Assembly (NCBI GenBank): GCA_048885535.1
Contig: JBHLLO010000013.1
Location: forward strand, 1 to 60,459
Length of the DNA stretch: 60,459 nt
Direction of reading: 5' to 3'
From: Candidatus Hermodarchaeota archaeon
Lineage (GTDB): Archaea > Asgardarchaeota > Lokiarchaeia > Sigyniarchaeales > SOKP01
The notes beneath the pieces were generated by a model that was not told the origin of the DNA, did no database searches, and worked only from the letters and a program-made list of their open reading frames with translations. The stretch's first letter is position 1, and each line of letters starts with the position of its first letter. Both the position numbers and the translations under genes were made by a program. Below, piece by piece: positions 9,364 to 20,191 of this stretch.

Positions 9364-10677
9364 TTATAACAAATTTTTAGAAGTCTTTTTTTCTAATGCA
9401 TCTTTCAATATTTTAATAGCGCAGAATTCACCACACATACTACAAACATCATTTTCAATATAGCCATTTCTATAGTGCTTTTCTCTAGATAAATTGGGAT
9501 CGATCGAATTTTTTATCATTTCTTCCCAATTTAAATTCTTCCGAGCCATATCCATTCTATAATCCCAATCTGAAACCTTTTTACCATATTTTGCAATATT
9601 TACTGCATGGGCCGCAATTTTGGAAGCGATCACCCCTTGTTTCACTTCTTCTTTATCAGGTAAAGCTAAATGTTCAGAGGGAGTAACATAACATAAATAA
9701 TCAGCCCCTGCTAGTCCAGCAAGGACTCCTCCAATTGCACTTACAAGGTGGTCATAGCCAGGAGCTATATCAGTGACTAATGGTCCAAGCACGTAGAACG
9801 GAGCTCCATTACATAAAGATTTCATTAGTTTAATATTTCTTTCAATTTCATGGGCAGGAATATGCCCCGGACCTTCAACCATAACTTGGATGTTTTTATC
9901 CCAAGCTCGTTTAACTAGTTTAGATATCTCAATTAATTCTTGAATTTGAGCATAGTCTGTTGAATCAAAAATACATCCTGGTCGCATTCCATCTCCGAGT
10001 GAAAGTGTAAAATCATATTCTGCTGCCAATTCAAGTAGATAATCATAATCAGTATTGAAGGGATTTTCTAAATCATTTTCAAGTATCCAAGCCGCTAAGA
10101 AAGTCCCACCCCGGGATACTATACCCATATGTCTTGGATGTTCCTTTAGATAATTAACAATTTCTTTAGTTACTCCAACATGAATAGTAAAAAAATCTAC
10201 TCCCTCTTTAGCTTGTTCTTCAACTATTTTAAACAAATCATCTTCATCAAAATTAATTATGGCTCCTTTTTCTTCGATAGCTCGAAGAGCAGATTGATAA
10301 ATAGGTACAGTACCTATTGGTACGTTCAATTCATTTAGGATGAGGCTTCGAATCTTTATTACATCTTGCTCAGTTATCCCTGTACTTAAATCCATAACTG
10401 TATCTGCGCCATATTTTACAGCTATTTTTGCTTTTTCTACTTCACCTTGAATATTGCATACTTTTTTACTGGAACCAACGTTTGCATTAATTTTAACTAG
10501 TAAGCCTTCTCCAATCCCCAATGGATTAGTATCTCGTTTGTTAGATTTAGGAATAATAATACGCCCATTTGCAATGCCACGACGTATGAATTCAACTTCG
10601 ACTTGTTCTTTTTTTGCAACAATCTCCATTTCTTCTGTTATTTCGCTATTTTTAGCAGATTTCATTAAAGTAGACAA
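9364..10677 (-). CDS. thiC: Phosphomethylpyrimidine synthase
   Basis: KINANVGSS, DTVMDLSTG, GIVSRGG, SLGDGMRPG, EGPGH, YVTPSEHL, C-terminal CSMCGEFC. Confidence 0.97.
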   Translation of the reverse strand: MSTLMKSAKNSEITEEMEIVAKKEQVEVEFIRRGIANGRIIIPKSNKRDTNPLGIGEGLLVKINANVGSSKKVCNIQGEVEKAKIAVKYGADTVMDLSTGITEQDVIKIRSLILNELNVPIGTVPIYQSALRAIEEKGAIINFDEDDLFKIVEEQAKEGVDFFTIHVGVTKEIVNYLKEHPRHMGIVSRGGTFLAAWILENDLENPFNTDYDYLLELAAEYDFTLSLGDGMRPGCIFDSTDYAQIQELIEISKLVKRAWDKNIQVMVEGPGHIPAHEIERNIKLMKSLCNGAPFYVLGPLVTDIAPGYDHLVSAIGGVLAGLAGADYLCYVTPSEHLALPDKEEVKQGVIASKIAAHAVNIAKYGKKVSDWDYRMDMARKNLNWEEMIKNSIDPNLSREKHYRNGYIENDVCSMCGEFCAIKILKDALEKKTSKNLL

Positions 10678-10786
10678 TTCTTTAGACCTTTAACAAGTTT
10701 ATTGATTTTATCTTATCTAAGACAAAATAATAATCGTAGAATTAAATTATTTTGTTTATTAAAAATAATTTTTAAGAATTCAAAAT

Positions 10787-10800
10787 AAAAAAAAAAAAAA
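10787..10800 (-). terminator. Oligo-T terminator of 10820..11131
   Basis: A14 on + (T14 on -), ~20 nt after the stop codon. Confidence 0.55.
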
Positions 10801-10819
10801 GGATTTTATTGGATTTTAT

Positions 10820-11131
10820 TTATTCTATTCCTGCTAATCCTACTGCTTCTTCAAATGTCATCCAAACATCTATTGAATATTCAAGGCCTTCCACGTTACC
10901 AAATTCAAAATAAAATTTTGAAATTCGATTCAGTGCCTTTTCAAACTTACCTTCTTTGATAAGCCAAATTGTCATCAATTTCGCTCCTTTTTCAGTTGTT
11001 TTGACAGGAGTGCCCAGATTTTCAAAAAGGGTTTCATCTGGGGGATATTTATCTCTAATTTTAAGCCATGTTTTTGCTGCTTCACCTTGCATATGGGTTG
11101 GATACCAAATAGTTCCAATTATATATGGCAT
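10820..11131 (-). CDS. Conserved hypothetical small protein
   Basis: 103-aa ORF with GAGGA upstream, globular alpha/beta pattern and its own T-tract terminator. Confidence 0.75.
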   Translation of the reverse strand: MPYIIGTIWYPTHMQGEAAKTWLKIRDKYPPDETLFENLGTPVKTTEKGAKLMTIWLIKEGKFEKALNRISKFYFEFGNVEGLEYSIDVWMTFEEAVGLAGIE

Positions 11132-11291
11132 GTTATTTTCCTCATTTTTATTTATTTCTTATAAAATTAGATTTCGCGGTATGTAAATATGTGATTTGTT
11201 GGTATATATATTTAACACTATTGTCTAAGTCTTAGAATAAAATAAATCTACTGTAAAAACCTAAATTCACCAATATGAACCTAGTTCTTCT

Positions 11292-11759
11292 TTAATATCC
11301 TATTTTTAATTGCTTTAGAAGCTCAATTAATGATTCAGTTAATTTATAACTCTTCAATTCATCAAAGTTTACAAATTTAGCTTCTAAAGCATCTGAATCG
11401 GGTATTGGCTGTTGATTATGATCTCCTTCGACCTGTTCTACAAAATAATTAATTAGAACATAGTGATATTCAATCTGTCCTTGTTTATCATGCATTATTT
11501 TATCAATGATACCTGCTAATTGGGTTACTTTTACTTTAAAACCAGTTTCTTCAAATCCTTCCCTTTCAGCAGCATCAATAACTTTTTCTCCTAATTCAAT
11601 ATGCCCTCCAGGTATAGACCAATAACCAGCATCCGGATTATATTTCCTTTTTACAAGCAATAATTTATTATCTCGTATTAACAAAATCCCCACCCCTAAA
11701 TGTGGTCGTATAGGGTATCTTCTCTTGTCATAATCAGGTTTGTCTTTCCGATTTAGCAT
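11292..11759 (-). CDS. NUDIX hydrolase (ADP-ribose pyrophosphatase-like)
   Basis: Nudix box GGHIELGEKVIDAAEREGFEETG; 'YHYVLINY'. Confidence 0.92.
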   Translation of the reverse strand: MLNRKDKPDYDKRRYPIRPHLGVGILLIRDNKLLLVKRKYNPDAGYWSIPGGHIELGEKVIDAAEREGFEETGFKVKVTQLAGIIDKIMHDKQGQIEYHYVLINYFVEQVEGDHNQQPIPDSDALEAKFVNFDELKSYKLTESLIELLKQLKIGY

Positions 11760-11841
11760 TATCTATCAGCTTTACTGTGCTTTATATGAATGTAAAACAT
11801 ATATTATAATAAATTAAAAAATCTTAATTATTAATTATTAA

Positions 11842-11997
11842 TTATTTATTCTTAATTATTACTTATTAAGAACAAATGCACTATTCCAATATGTTACACT
11901 AGACGCTATTCCAGGTTTTAATATCGTTGTGTTAATTGCGATATTTGGCGTATTATCAGTGGTAGTAATTATAAAAAAAAAGAAAATAATTAACTAA
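11842..11997 (+). pseudogene. Orphan Loki-CTERM-type sorting signal (3' gene remnant)
   Basis: Manual translation ...RTNALFQYVTLDAIPGFNIVVLIAIFGVLSVVVIIKKKKIIN*; no ATG, in-frame TAA at 11839-11841; followed by a T-tract. Confidence 0.7.
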
Positions 11998-12143
11998 TTT
12001 TTTTTTTTGATAAAAATGTAAGAAATTTCTTAGCCTATTATAAAAAAGTAAATCCTGTGTACAAAAAAGTATATATACTTAACTGACAATCTTATAATAT
12101 CTCTAAGAAGTTAATTTAAAAATTAACATTAGGCGAATTTTTT

Positions 12144-15100
12144 ATGAAAAATTTAAAGAGGTATAAATTGAAAGCTTTGTTTTTGAGCTGTTGTATTTTA
12201 TTAGGTATAATTTTCCCTGTACTTTTCAATTTTCTAGATATAAGTGATTATAATTCTATTAATGACTCTAGTAATACATTTATCTATTCTTTAAAAGGAA
12301 GAGAATACCGAGCAAAATATATCACTAGTAAAGATGTAGAAGAGATGAAACAGAGAATCGATACCCAACCAAAAAGTTCTAGATCTAGGTCTAATGTTAT
12401 CATTGATGGGCATGGAACCGGATATGCTGTAAATCCTGAGGATTTAGATGCACTTGTTGGTAAAATTTCGCTCTTAGAAGTTATTCCTAAAGATAGTCAG
12501 AAATATCGGGCTACTGCAGATCTTTCAACCGAGATTTACTTTCCAACAGTGGGAGATCAAGGTTCTCAAGGCTCTTGTTCGGCTTGGGCAAATGCTTATT
12601 ATGCATATGGATATTTAGAAGCTAAGGATTATGGTTGGGATGCAAGTTCCGGAAACCCTAATTATCTATTGAGTCCCGCATGGGCATATAACATTGTTGC
12701 AGCTTATGATTATGGTTCAATTCCTTATGAAGTCGCTCAGGTTTTATTAGACTGGGGAGTACCAACACTCAGTGCAATGCCCTATGATGATAGTGATGTC
12801 GACAGTTGGGGTAATGAAACTGCTTGGCGACAAGCTCCATATCACAGACCGTTTAATTATACCCTCATCACATACACAGGACCTGCAACAATCGATCTAA
12901 TGAAGAGTTTGATTACTGCGGGAATACCTGTCACTATTGGTATTGATGCATATCAATTTTCAAATGGATTAGATGAAGGAACAATGGACTTCATTTTATC
13001 CTCAGATGAATATGACTCTACTTCGCTTAATCACGCTCAATGCCTTGTAGGGTTTGACGATGCTATTACAGAGGGAAGTGATGTTGGTGCTTTCCGAGTT
13101 GTGAATTCATGGGGTGATATTTGGATGGATAACGGCTATTATTGGCTAACATATGATGCCTTTGCAGAATTTGCAGGTCTCGGTGGGCAAGTGATTATGT
13201 ATATAGAAGATAGAATCGATTACAATCCAGATATAATAGCTACTTGGGAATTTAGTTCTGCTCCTACTAGAATGGATGATATTATAACTTTAGGTGTAGG
13301 ACCTCATGATAGTCCTTTTAATACAACGATACCTTTTTATGATGGTGATACCAATAACCTCTTTCCTGACTTTATGGCACTCGATATTTCAGATTTTTAC
13401 TCTTATTATACTATTGATAATGATGTCTTCTTTTTCTTAGAAATTGGTCCTTCTGATACAACTGGAACAATCTCATCATTTAAACTCGAAAGATATCTAG
13501 GAGGAGTACTCCAAGAAATATCAAAAGAGTCACCAAATGTTCCAAAAGATACTCCAGGATATGTTAATGCGACATTTAAAATTTTCCTTCATGAGTTAAG
13601 AGTTACGTTAGATGTACCAACTAATCCTACAATCCATAATTCTTATGAAGTTAAAGCAATGGTCATTAATAATGGTGCTTCTGATGAAATTGATGTAGAT
13701 TTTGAACTCTTATTAAATGGTCTATCTGTTGATTCAATGACTATCTCAAGTTTACTATCGGGTGCAAATGCAACCATTAATTATAGCTGGACACCAACAG
13801 AATATGAAGTGTATAATTTTACCGCGCAAGCACCACCAATTTCAGGTGAAACTTTTAAATCAAACAATTATGCAACTGAAATTCTATACATATTAGGTCC
13901 AATTTTCTTTGATGACTTCGAAAGCGGTTTGTCTAAATGGGTATCTATTACAGGTTTATGGCATTTAACAAATACTAGCAGTTTTTGGCCCGATTCCTAT
14001 CATTCCCCCATACATTCCATGTGGTTTGGAAATGAATCTACTGGAAACTATGATACAGGTCTCCGTGAAGTAGGTGATATGACATCTATTCCTATTAATT
14101 TAACGGATGTTGACGTCGCCTTCCTAGAATTTTACCATTGGCGAGCAGGAGAAGGATATGGATGGGATATCTCTTCCGTATATATCTCTATTAACGGTAT
14201 TGATTGGGATCTAATTTATCAAGTTGATGATTCCTATATCCCGCCATGGGAAAAAGTATCTGTGGACATTTCTGCTTATGTTGGAAATCCATCAGTACAA
14301 GTAAGGTTTGAGTTTGATACAATTGATGAAATAGCTAATAATTATCGAGGATGGTTAATAGATGATGTAAGTGTTAAAGGGACAGGAATACAAATTCCTC
14401 ATGATTTACGTGTTTCATTAGAAGTTCCTGAAGATCCTGAGATTTTTACCACTTATACGATTAATGCAACAGTTACTAATATAGGGACGAACAGTGAATC
14501 AGATGTAGAATTATTCCTTTATCTTAATGGTGTTGAGGTGTATTCATCATATTATCCAAGTTTTCCTATATATTCAAGTCAAGGTTTTTCCTACATATGG
14601 ACACCTACTACCTATGGTGAATATAATTTTACTGCATATGCACCTCCAGTGCCCAGTGAAGAATTTACACATGATAATTTGGTGACTGAATTTATTCACC
14701 TTCATGAGATTAATTTGTTTGATGGGATGTTCCTTGATTATTCATTTGAAATATTTGGTACTACTTATTCTTGGAACTCCTTATATTCAGAACTCTCAGA
14801 TGGAATCTTTCATCATGATTATTCAATATATCAAGGCGGCTCTCTTGCTACTGCGGGTGATTGGGATGTAGATAGTCAGACAAGAATTATGTCTGATTCG
14901 ACAGGAGGCTTTTCTTTTGGCTCAGGTACCCACACACCCATGTGGATCTTTACAGACATTTCAATCGGGGACTCAATCCCAATAGCAATTGATGCTGAAG
15001 GAGATCATATATTTAATGTAACAGGAGATTTTCTTTATGATTTACCCGGTTTTGATCTTGTTGATGTATGGATTTTAGAGGATTTAACTCTACCTGGAGG

Positions 15101-16415
15101 GATTGCATGGTATGAAAAAAGTACTGGTATTCTATTGTACGGTGATTTTCTCTATATGGGTGGAACAAATAATTATATTTTTGATTTGATAGATACTAAC
15201 GCTCCATTCGAATACATAATTTTTGATCATGAACTAAAAGTTTACTTAGAGACACCAATATCACATAAAATTGATGAGACTTATCTTATTAATGCAACTG
15301 TTAAAAACAACGGTCTAAATGATGAAACTAACGTGGAACTATTCCTTTATCTCGATGAGTTACTAGTTGCATCAATTACAATCCCTACTCTCAGTGTTGG
15401 AATGGAACAAACAATTCAATATATTTGGACACCAACCGAATATGGAACATACAATTTTACAGCATATGCTCCTGCTGTTCCGCTTGAATCATATATAGAA
15501 AATAATAAAAAAACGACATTTGTGTATTTATTCGAAACTGCATTGTTTGATGGGTTGTATATAGAGCATATTTTTTCACAAGGAGGATTTGATTACAATA
15601 CAAAATTTATATACACATATCTTACTGCTAGTTTATATCAAGTGACTTTTGAAGTCAAATATGGGGGAACCACAGTGATCTATACTTGGATGGTTGATGC
15701 TTTGACAAGGATAATGTCAGGAGGTTCAGTATTTGGGGATGGAGCTCATACAAATGCATGGATATTTACTAATACATCATTATTTGATACGATCCCTATC
15801 GCAGTTGACGGAGAAGGAGACCATGATTTTTATGTGGCACGAGAACTAATATACGATCTTCCTGGCTTTGGTCAGGTTGAAGTTTGGGAACTTGAAGATT
15901 TAGATGTATCAGGAGGGATAGCATGGTATGAAAAGAGCACAGGAATTCTCTTAAAGGGCACTTTCTTATATTCTGGAGGGCTATTTAATTATACTTTTGA
16001 GTTTGTAGATACTAATGCAGAATTAAATATTATTGAAGCACCAGGTCCTTTTACATTATCATCGAATGCTGAAAATCCTGACAAAAATGGAATCTTCGAT
16101 CTTATATGGACAGCAGCTTCTAGAGCAAACAATTACTCAGTATATCGTAGTTCCAGTTTCATTACGCATATTGATGGAAGTCTTACCTTGTTAGCAGATG
16201 AAATCACTGATTTAACTCTAGCATTAAGTGGATATGAAGATGGAACCTATTACTTCATTATAGTTGCGCATAATGATTATGGTGATAGGCTTTCAAATTG
16301 TATTTCAGTTATAGTATTATTAGAAGGAATTCCAGGTTATAATTTGTTCTTAATTATTGCTACCTTGGGAATTGTTACCATTCTAATAGTTAAAAAGAAG
16401 TACAAAACAAAATAA
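12144..16415 (+). CDS. Surface-anchored papain-like (C1) cysteine peptidase with CARDB/Ig-like repeats and Loki-CTERM anchor
   Basis: N-terminal signal/TM; QGSQGSCSAW (Cys), NHAQCLVGFDD (His), VVNSWG (Asn); three 'H[ED]L.V.L..P...WTPT.Y..YNFTA' repeats; C-terminal GIPGY-TM-KKK. Confidence 0.9.
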   Translation: MKNLKRYKLKALFLSCCILLGIIFPVLFNFLDISDYNSINDSSNTFIYSLKGREYRAKYITSKDVEEMKQRIDTQPKSSRSRSNVIIDGHGTGYAVNPEDLDALVGKISLLEVIPKDSQKYRATADLSTEIYFPTVGDQGSQGSCSAWANAYYAYGYLEAKDYGWDASSGNPNYLLSPAWAYNIVAAYDYGSIPYEVAQVLLDWGVPTLSAMPYDDSDVDSWGNETAWRQAPYHRPFNYTLITYTGPATIDLMKSLITAGIPVTIGIDAYQFSNGLDEGTMDFILSSDEYDSTSLNHAQCLVGFDDAITEGSDVGAFRVVNSWGDIWMDNGYYWLTYDAFAEFAGLGGQVIMYIEDRIDYNPDIIATWEFSSAPTRMDDIITLGVGPHDSPFNTTIPFYDGDTNNLFPDFMALDISDFYSYYTIDNDVFFFLEIGPSDTTGTISSFKLERYLGGVLQEISKESPNVPKDTPGYVNATFKIFLHELRVTLDVPTNPTIHNSYEVKAMVINNGASDEIDVDFELLLNGLSVDSMTISSLLSGANATINYSWTPTEYEVYNFTAQAPPISGETFKSNNYATEILYILGPIFFDDFESGLSKWVSITGLWHLTNTSSFWPDSYHSPIHSMWFGNESTGNYDTGLREVGDMTSIPINLTDVDVAFLEFYHWRAGEGYGWDISSVYISINGIDWDLIYQVDDSYIPPWEKVSVDISAYVGNPSVQVRFEFDTIDEIANNYRGWLIDDVSVKGTGIQIPHDLRVSLEVPEDPEIFTTYTINATVTNIGTNSESDVELFLYLNGVEVYSSYYPSFPIYSSQGFSYIWTPTTYGEYNFTAYAPPVPSEEFTHDNLVTEFIHLHEINLFDGMFLDYSFEIFGTTYSWNSLYSELSDGIFHHDYSIYQGGSLATAGDWDVDSQTRIMSDSTGGFSFGSGTHTPMWIFTDISIGDSIPIAIDAEGDHIFNVTGDFLYDLPGFDLVDVWILEDLTLPGGIAWYEKSTGILLYGDFLYMGGTNNYIFDLIDTNAPFEYIIFDHELKVYLETPISHKIDETYLINATVKNNGLNDETNVELFLYLDELLVASITIPTLSVGMEQTIQYIWTPTEYGTYNFTAYAPAVPLESYIENNKKTTFVYLFETALFDGLYIEHIFSQGGFDYNTKFIYTYLTASLYQVTFEVKYGGTTVIYTWMVDALTRIMSGGSVFGDGAHTNAWIFTNTSLFDTIPIAVDGEGDHDFYVARELIYDLPGFGQVEVWELEDLDVSGGIAWYEKSTGILLKGTFLYSGGLFNYTFEFVDTNAELNIIEAPGPFTLSSNAENPDKNGIFDLIWTAASRANNYSVYRSSSFITHIDGSLTLLADEITDLTLALSGYEDGTYYFIIVAHNDYGDRLSNCISVIVLLEGIPGYNLFLIIATLGIVTILIVKKKYKTK

Positions 16416-16427
16416 TAATCTTCAATC

Positions 16428-16439
16428 TTTTTTTTTTTT
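16428..16439 (+). terminator. Oligo-T terminator of the peptidase gene
   Basis: T12, 12 nt after the stop codon. Confidence 0.55.
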
Positions 16440-16509
16440 AATTAAATAGACTTTAGTTCTATTTTTCAACTTAAATTTAGAAGAATATTTCTTAAATGAA
16501 TAATTAATT

Positions 16510-17034
16510 TTGCATATTTTCGATATATATACAAGAGTTAGAATAACTTTGGATAAAGTTTGGCCATGGTATTGGCCTAAAAAGGGGATGCCTGAAAAAA
16601 CTGAACCATTTAACTGGATTATCAAAGGAAAATTAGCTGCTAGCTGGTGGCCAGATGATACATTATTTAAGAAGTATCAAGAAGAGAATATAACTGTGAT
16701 AATTAATTGCTCTGAATTTGATAATCAGAATAATGTCCCCTATGGTTTTAAATATTATCATATTAATGTTCCTGATTATGGAATACCCTCTACGACTCAA
16801 ATTGAGCAATTTATCCAGATAACAAATAATTATAAAAACGAAGCAATAGTAGTTCACTGTGTTGCTGGATGTGGTAGAACTGCTCAATTCATTGTAGTTT
16901 GGGCAGCATATAATGGATATATTCCAAAAAGTATGGACCCTGTCAAGTGGATACGAAAGATCAGACCTTGCAGCTTAGAAACGAAGGATCAAATGGAATA
17001 TGCAAGAAATTTAAATAGAAAATATCAAAAATAA
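16510..17034 (+). CDS. Dual-specificity/protein-tyrosine phosphatase
   Basis: HCVAGCGRT CX5R P-loop; VPDYGIP general-acid loop. Confidence 0.9.
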   Translation: MHIFDIYTRVRITLDKVWPWYWPKKGMPEKTEPFNWIIKGKLAASWWPDDTLFKKYQEENITVIINCSEFDNQNNVPYGFKYYHINVPDYGIPSTTQIEQFIQITNNYKNEAIVVHCVAGCGRTAQFIVVWAAYNGYIPKSMDPVKWIRKIRPCSLETKDQMEYARNLNRKYQK

Positions 17035-17144
17035 CGATAATGTAAAGCTTATATTATATTATTATTATATGTTAATTAAATTCTTAATTTAATTTTAGGC
17101 ATAAGAATAGTATTTCATAAAAACAAAAAAATAAACATCCTTGT

Positions 17145-18299
17145 ATGAATAAAACTGATTATCTTTATATGATTCTAGACAATGTACTTGTCTTTCACGT
17201 AAATCTTCCCTCAGAATTTCGAGGTAATGGATTAAGTGATCATCTAAATAAATTTAATGAATATGGTTTAAAAGTGATTGCTGGCTTTAACAAAGATTTC
17301 TTGGAACACTTCTTTAGGATATCTAGTGGCAAGAGTCAAAAAGATATTGAAGATACATTGAAAAAGATGGAAAAGATTTCCTATTTAGTTGGACCCATAG
17401 GTAGCTTAAGCTATTTGACTCCAGAACAAGTAGATCACATTCTTAAGAAAATGGATTCACTCAAATTAGAAGAAATCAGTGAGGAAAAAATAAGTTTAAT
17501 GGCTGACGATTTATTGAGGGAACAATTTGGTGGTTCAGCTAATTATAGTGCATCTGATGCTTTGGAAAATCAACTTGCAAGCGCAGCTTTTTATCTAATG
17601 AATATGGGATATTCACGTGAAGAAATTCAAGAAAGATTTAATGAAGTACGACAGGATCATTCAAAATTAGGCGATTTATTTACACTTCCTCAAAAGGAAA
17701 TTTATAGTATGCCAATCGAAATAGGAGAATCGCCCTCAGTTTCACCTCCAGCTAATTTAGAGTCCAGTATTGATGAAAATCAGAGTATTAATGAAGCTAT
17801 TGCACGACATGTTCAGGCAATTCATCAAGATATAACTGAAGAGAGAGCACAAAAAGTAGATGAAATTCTTCAAGAAATAAAAGCTCATGTTAGGGATAGT
17901 ATGTCAGAACTCCAAGAAAAAATATTTAGACAAATGCATCCAGATAGGCTAAATCGCGCTCTAAAACTATTAAAGACTACAAAAAGAAAATCAAAAAGAA
18001 TGGATCTTTATCTTGAATGGTTTAGTGTAAGCTTCCTTCTTTCCAAAATAGAACTAAAAGTTGAGCATTGGCAGGTGTCAAGCTCAGCAGGTCATGGGAA
18101 TGCAGGAGTTTATACCGCGGGTATTGATTTTTCTAGATATGATAATATCGTACGAGAGTTTCCAGATGCTAAACTAACTAAAGTAATCAATATAGCACGA
18201 CGAATAGTACAAAATCCTACCAAAAAAGCTATTCAAAAGTTAGGTCAGGATCTTATCGCTGAAACAGGCTTCGATGAGCATCTTTACTTTACTGATTGA
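17145..18299 (+). CDS. Hypothetical protein (mostly helical; possible UBA-like segment)
   Basis: 384-aa ORF; internal 'YLMNMGYSREEIQ'. Confidence 0.75.
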   Translation: MNKTDYLYMILDNVLVFHVNLPSEFRGNGLSDHLNKFNEYGLKVIAGFNKDFLEHFFRISSGKSQKDIEDTLKKMEKISYLVGPIGSLSYLTPEQVDHILKKMDSLKLEEISEEKISLMADDLLREQFGGSANYSASDALENQLASAAFYLMNMGYSREEIQERFNEVRQDHSKLGDLFTLPQKEIYSMPIEIGESPSVSPPANLESSIDENQSINEAIARHVQAIHQDITEERAQKVDEILQEIKAHVRDSMSELQEKIFRQMHPDRLNRALKLLKTTKRKSKRMDLYLEWFSVSFLLSKIELKVEHWQVSSSAGHGNAGVYTAGIDFSRYDNIVREFPDAKLTKVINIARRIVQNPTKKAIQKLGQDLIAETGFDEHLYFTD

Positions 18300-18401
18300 T
18301 TCAACCCCTTGACAAAGATAAGTTTTATTTCATCTCTTTTATTTCTTCTTCTTGTTTTGGTTTAGAAAGCAGTAACATTAAGAGTCACAATTACTTTTCT
18401 C

Positions 18402-20015
18402 TTAAGCTTTAAAAACAGACTTACCTCTAATAATAGTCTCTAATACTTTAATCTCTTTAATTTTATTTGTTTCAACTGTAAGAGGATTTTGATCTAATAT
18501 AACAAAATCTGCTAATTTTCCTACTTCAATGCTACCTTTTATTTTTTCTTCAAAAGCAGCATATGCAGCATTTAGAGTGTATGTTTTCAAAGCTTCTTCT
18601 ACTGAAATACATTGTTCTGGAATAAATCCGTTTCGGGTCACTAATGCATGTATCCCTAAAATTGGACTTGGATCTTCGACTGGGCAATCCGAGCCTGAGA
18701 CCAATATAACTTTAGAGTCTAAAATTGATTTGAAAGGATAAGTATATTTACAGCGTTCTTTACCTAACCGCTTTTCGAGCCAAATATATTCAGAATTTAT
18801 AAATGGTGGTTGGCATGAAGCGATAATACTATATTTTTTCATGTCCGCTATAACATCCTTAGTCAACATTGAAGCATGTTCAATCCTATATCTATGATCT
18901 TTTCTTGGATACTCCTGTAATAACTTTTTATATAAATTCATTGCAATTCTATTCCCTTTATCTCCTATAGCATGAAGTATAATTTGAATCCCATTCTGAT
19001 GTGCTTTCAGCATTCTATTATATATCGTATCTTCTTCAATCACACAAAATCCACACATATTAGGAGCATCAGTAAAAGGTTCATACATATAAGCAGTTTT
19101 TGCTCCAAAAGAGCCATCTAAAAAAAGTTTCAACCCACCAAATTTGAATCTATCCTCAATTTGTTGATTATAAAAATAAGAATCCTGAATTCTAAACAAT
19201 TTTCTTATTTTTTCCATATTAATGAAAGTATAGCAGTTTTGAAGTATCTTATCTTGTAAAAACCTAAATAAAGGTAATTCAATAGCACCCACCTCTCCAA
19301 ATTCACCACTTTTATCACCACTAACTATAGCATGAAATGAAGTTAGTCCCTTACTAGCTAAGCTTGTAAATACTTTAAAAGCTGCTTGTTCTATTTTACT
19401 TGCTTCAGGAAACTTCATCTTTGATAGAATTAAATTTATTGCTTTTTCGCAGATTACTCCATTAAGTTTTCCACTCTCATCTCTCCGAAATTCACCGCCT
19501 TTTGGAACGATTGTTTCTTCTGTTATGCCTGCTAATTCTAAAGCTTTTGAGTTTGCAATACCGATGTGACTATCATATCTTAGAATGAACACTGGATGGT
19601 TAGGACAAGCATCATCCAAATCTTGGCGTGTAGGTAATTTGGGCACTTTAAATTTCTCTTCACTTAAATTAAAAGCTAATAACAGTTCAGAGGTATTCTT
19701 TTCTTTAATTGATTTTTTTAAAAGTAGTTTTAATTCCTCAAGACTCCTTATATCAGTTAAATCTGGAAATAAATGATATAATACATACGAAATAGGATGA
19801 AGATGACAATCAATAAACCCTGGTAGTAGCGTATTTCCATCTAAATTGATTAATTTATATCCCGAATTTAATATACTTATAACGTGGTCCATTGACCCAA
19901 CTGTTAATATTTTTTCGCCATCAATACCAATAGCCTCTACTATTGGTTGATTTTCATTTAAAGTTATAATAGGTCCGCCAAAAAAGAGTTTTTTTTCGAA
20001 ATCTTGATGATCCAT
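18402..20015 (-). CDS. Amidohydrolase family 3 (YtcJ-like)
   Basis: LLPGFIDCHLH, KLFLDGS, HAIGD, RIEHAS, GSDCPV, GSIEVGKLADFVIL. Confidence 0.92.
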   Translation of the reverse strand: MDHQDFEKKLFFGGPIITLNENQPIVEAIGIDGEKILTVGSMDHVISILNSGYKLINLDGNTLLPGFIDCHLHPISYVLYHLFPDLTDIRSLEELKLLLKKSIKEKNTSELLLAFNLSEEKFKVPKLPTRQDLDDACPNHPVFILRYDSHIGIANSKALELAGITEETIVPKGGEFRRDESGKLNGVICEKAINLILSKMKFPEASKIEQAAFKVFTSLASKGLTSFHAIVSGDKSGEFGEVGAIELPLFRFLQDKILQNCYTFINMEKIRKLFRIQDSYFYNQQIEDRFKFGGLKLFLDGSFGAKTAYMYEPFTDAPNMCGFCVIEEDTIYNRMLKAHQNGIQIILHAIGDKGNRIAMNLYKKLLQEYPRKDHRYRIEHASMLTKDVIADMKKYSIIASCQPPFINSEYIWLEKRLGKERCKYTYPFKSILDSKVILVSGSDCPVEDPSPILGIHALVTRNGFIPEQCISVEEALKTYTLNAAYAAFEEKIKGSIEVGKLADFVILDQNPLTVETNKIKEIKVLETIIRGKSVFKA

Positions 20016-20191
20016 TGTTCTAAAAGCTATTTAATAGAGAATTAATATTAAATTTGTATCAAAATAATTAAAGATTTTAATTAAATTTTAATTTTTCAAT
20101 TACCCTTAGAAAAGTTTAAAAAATTAATTTTAATTCATAGGATTAATACAGAATAATATCAAATCCCAGCTTTTAAATAAGTGAATTTAAT

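Noticed and set aside
10678-10819. TPP riboswitch upstream of thiC
   Set aside because: The region is almost entirely A/T, with no CTGAGA core or GC stems.
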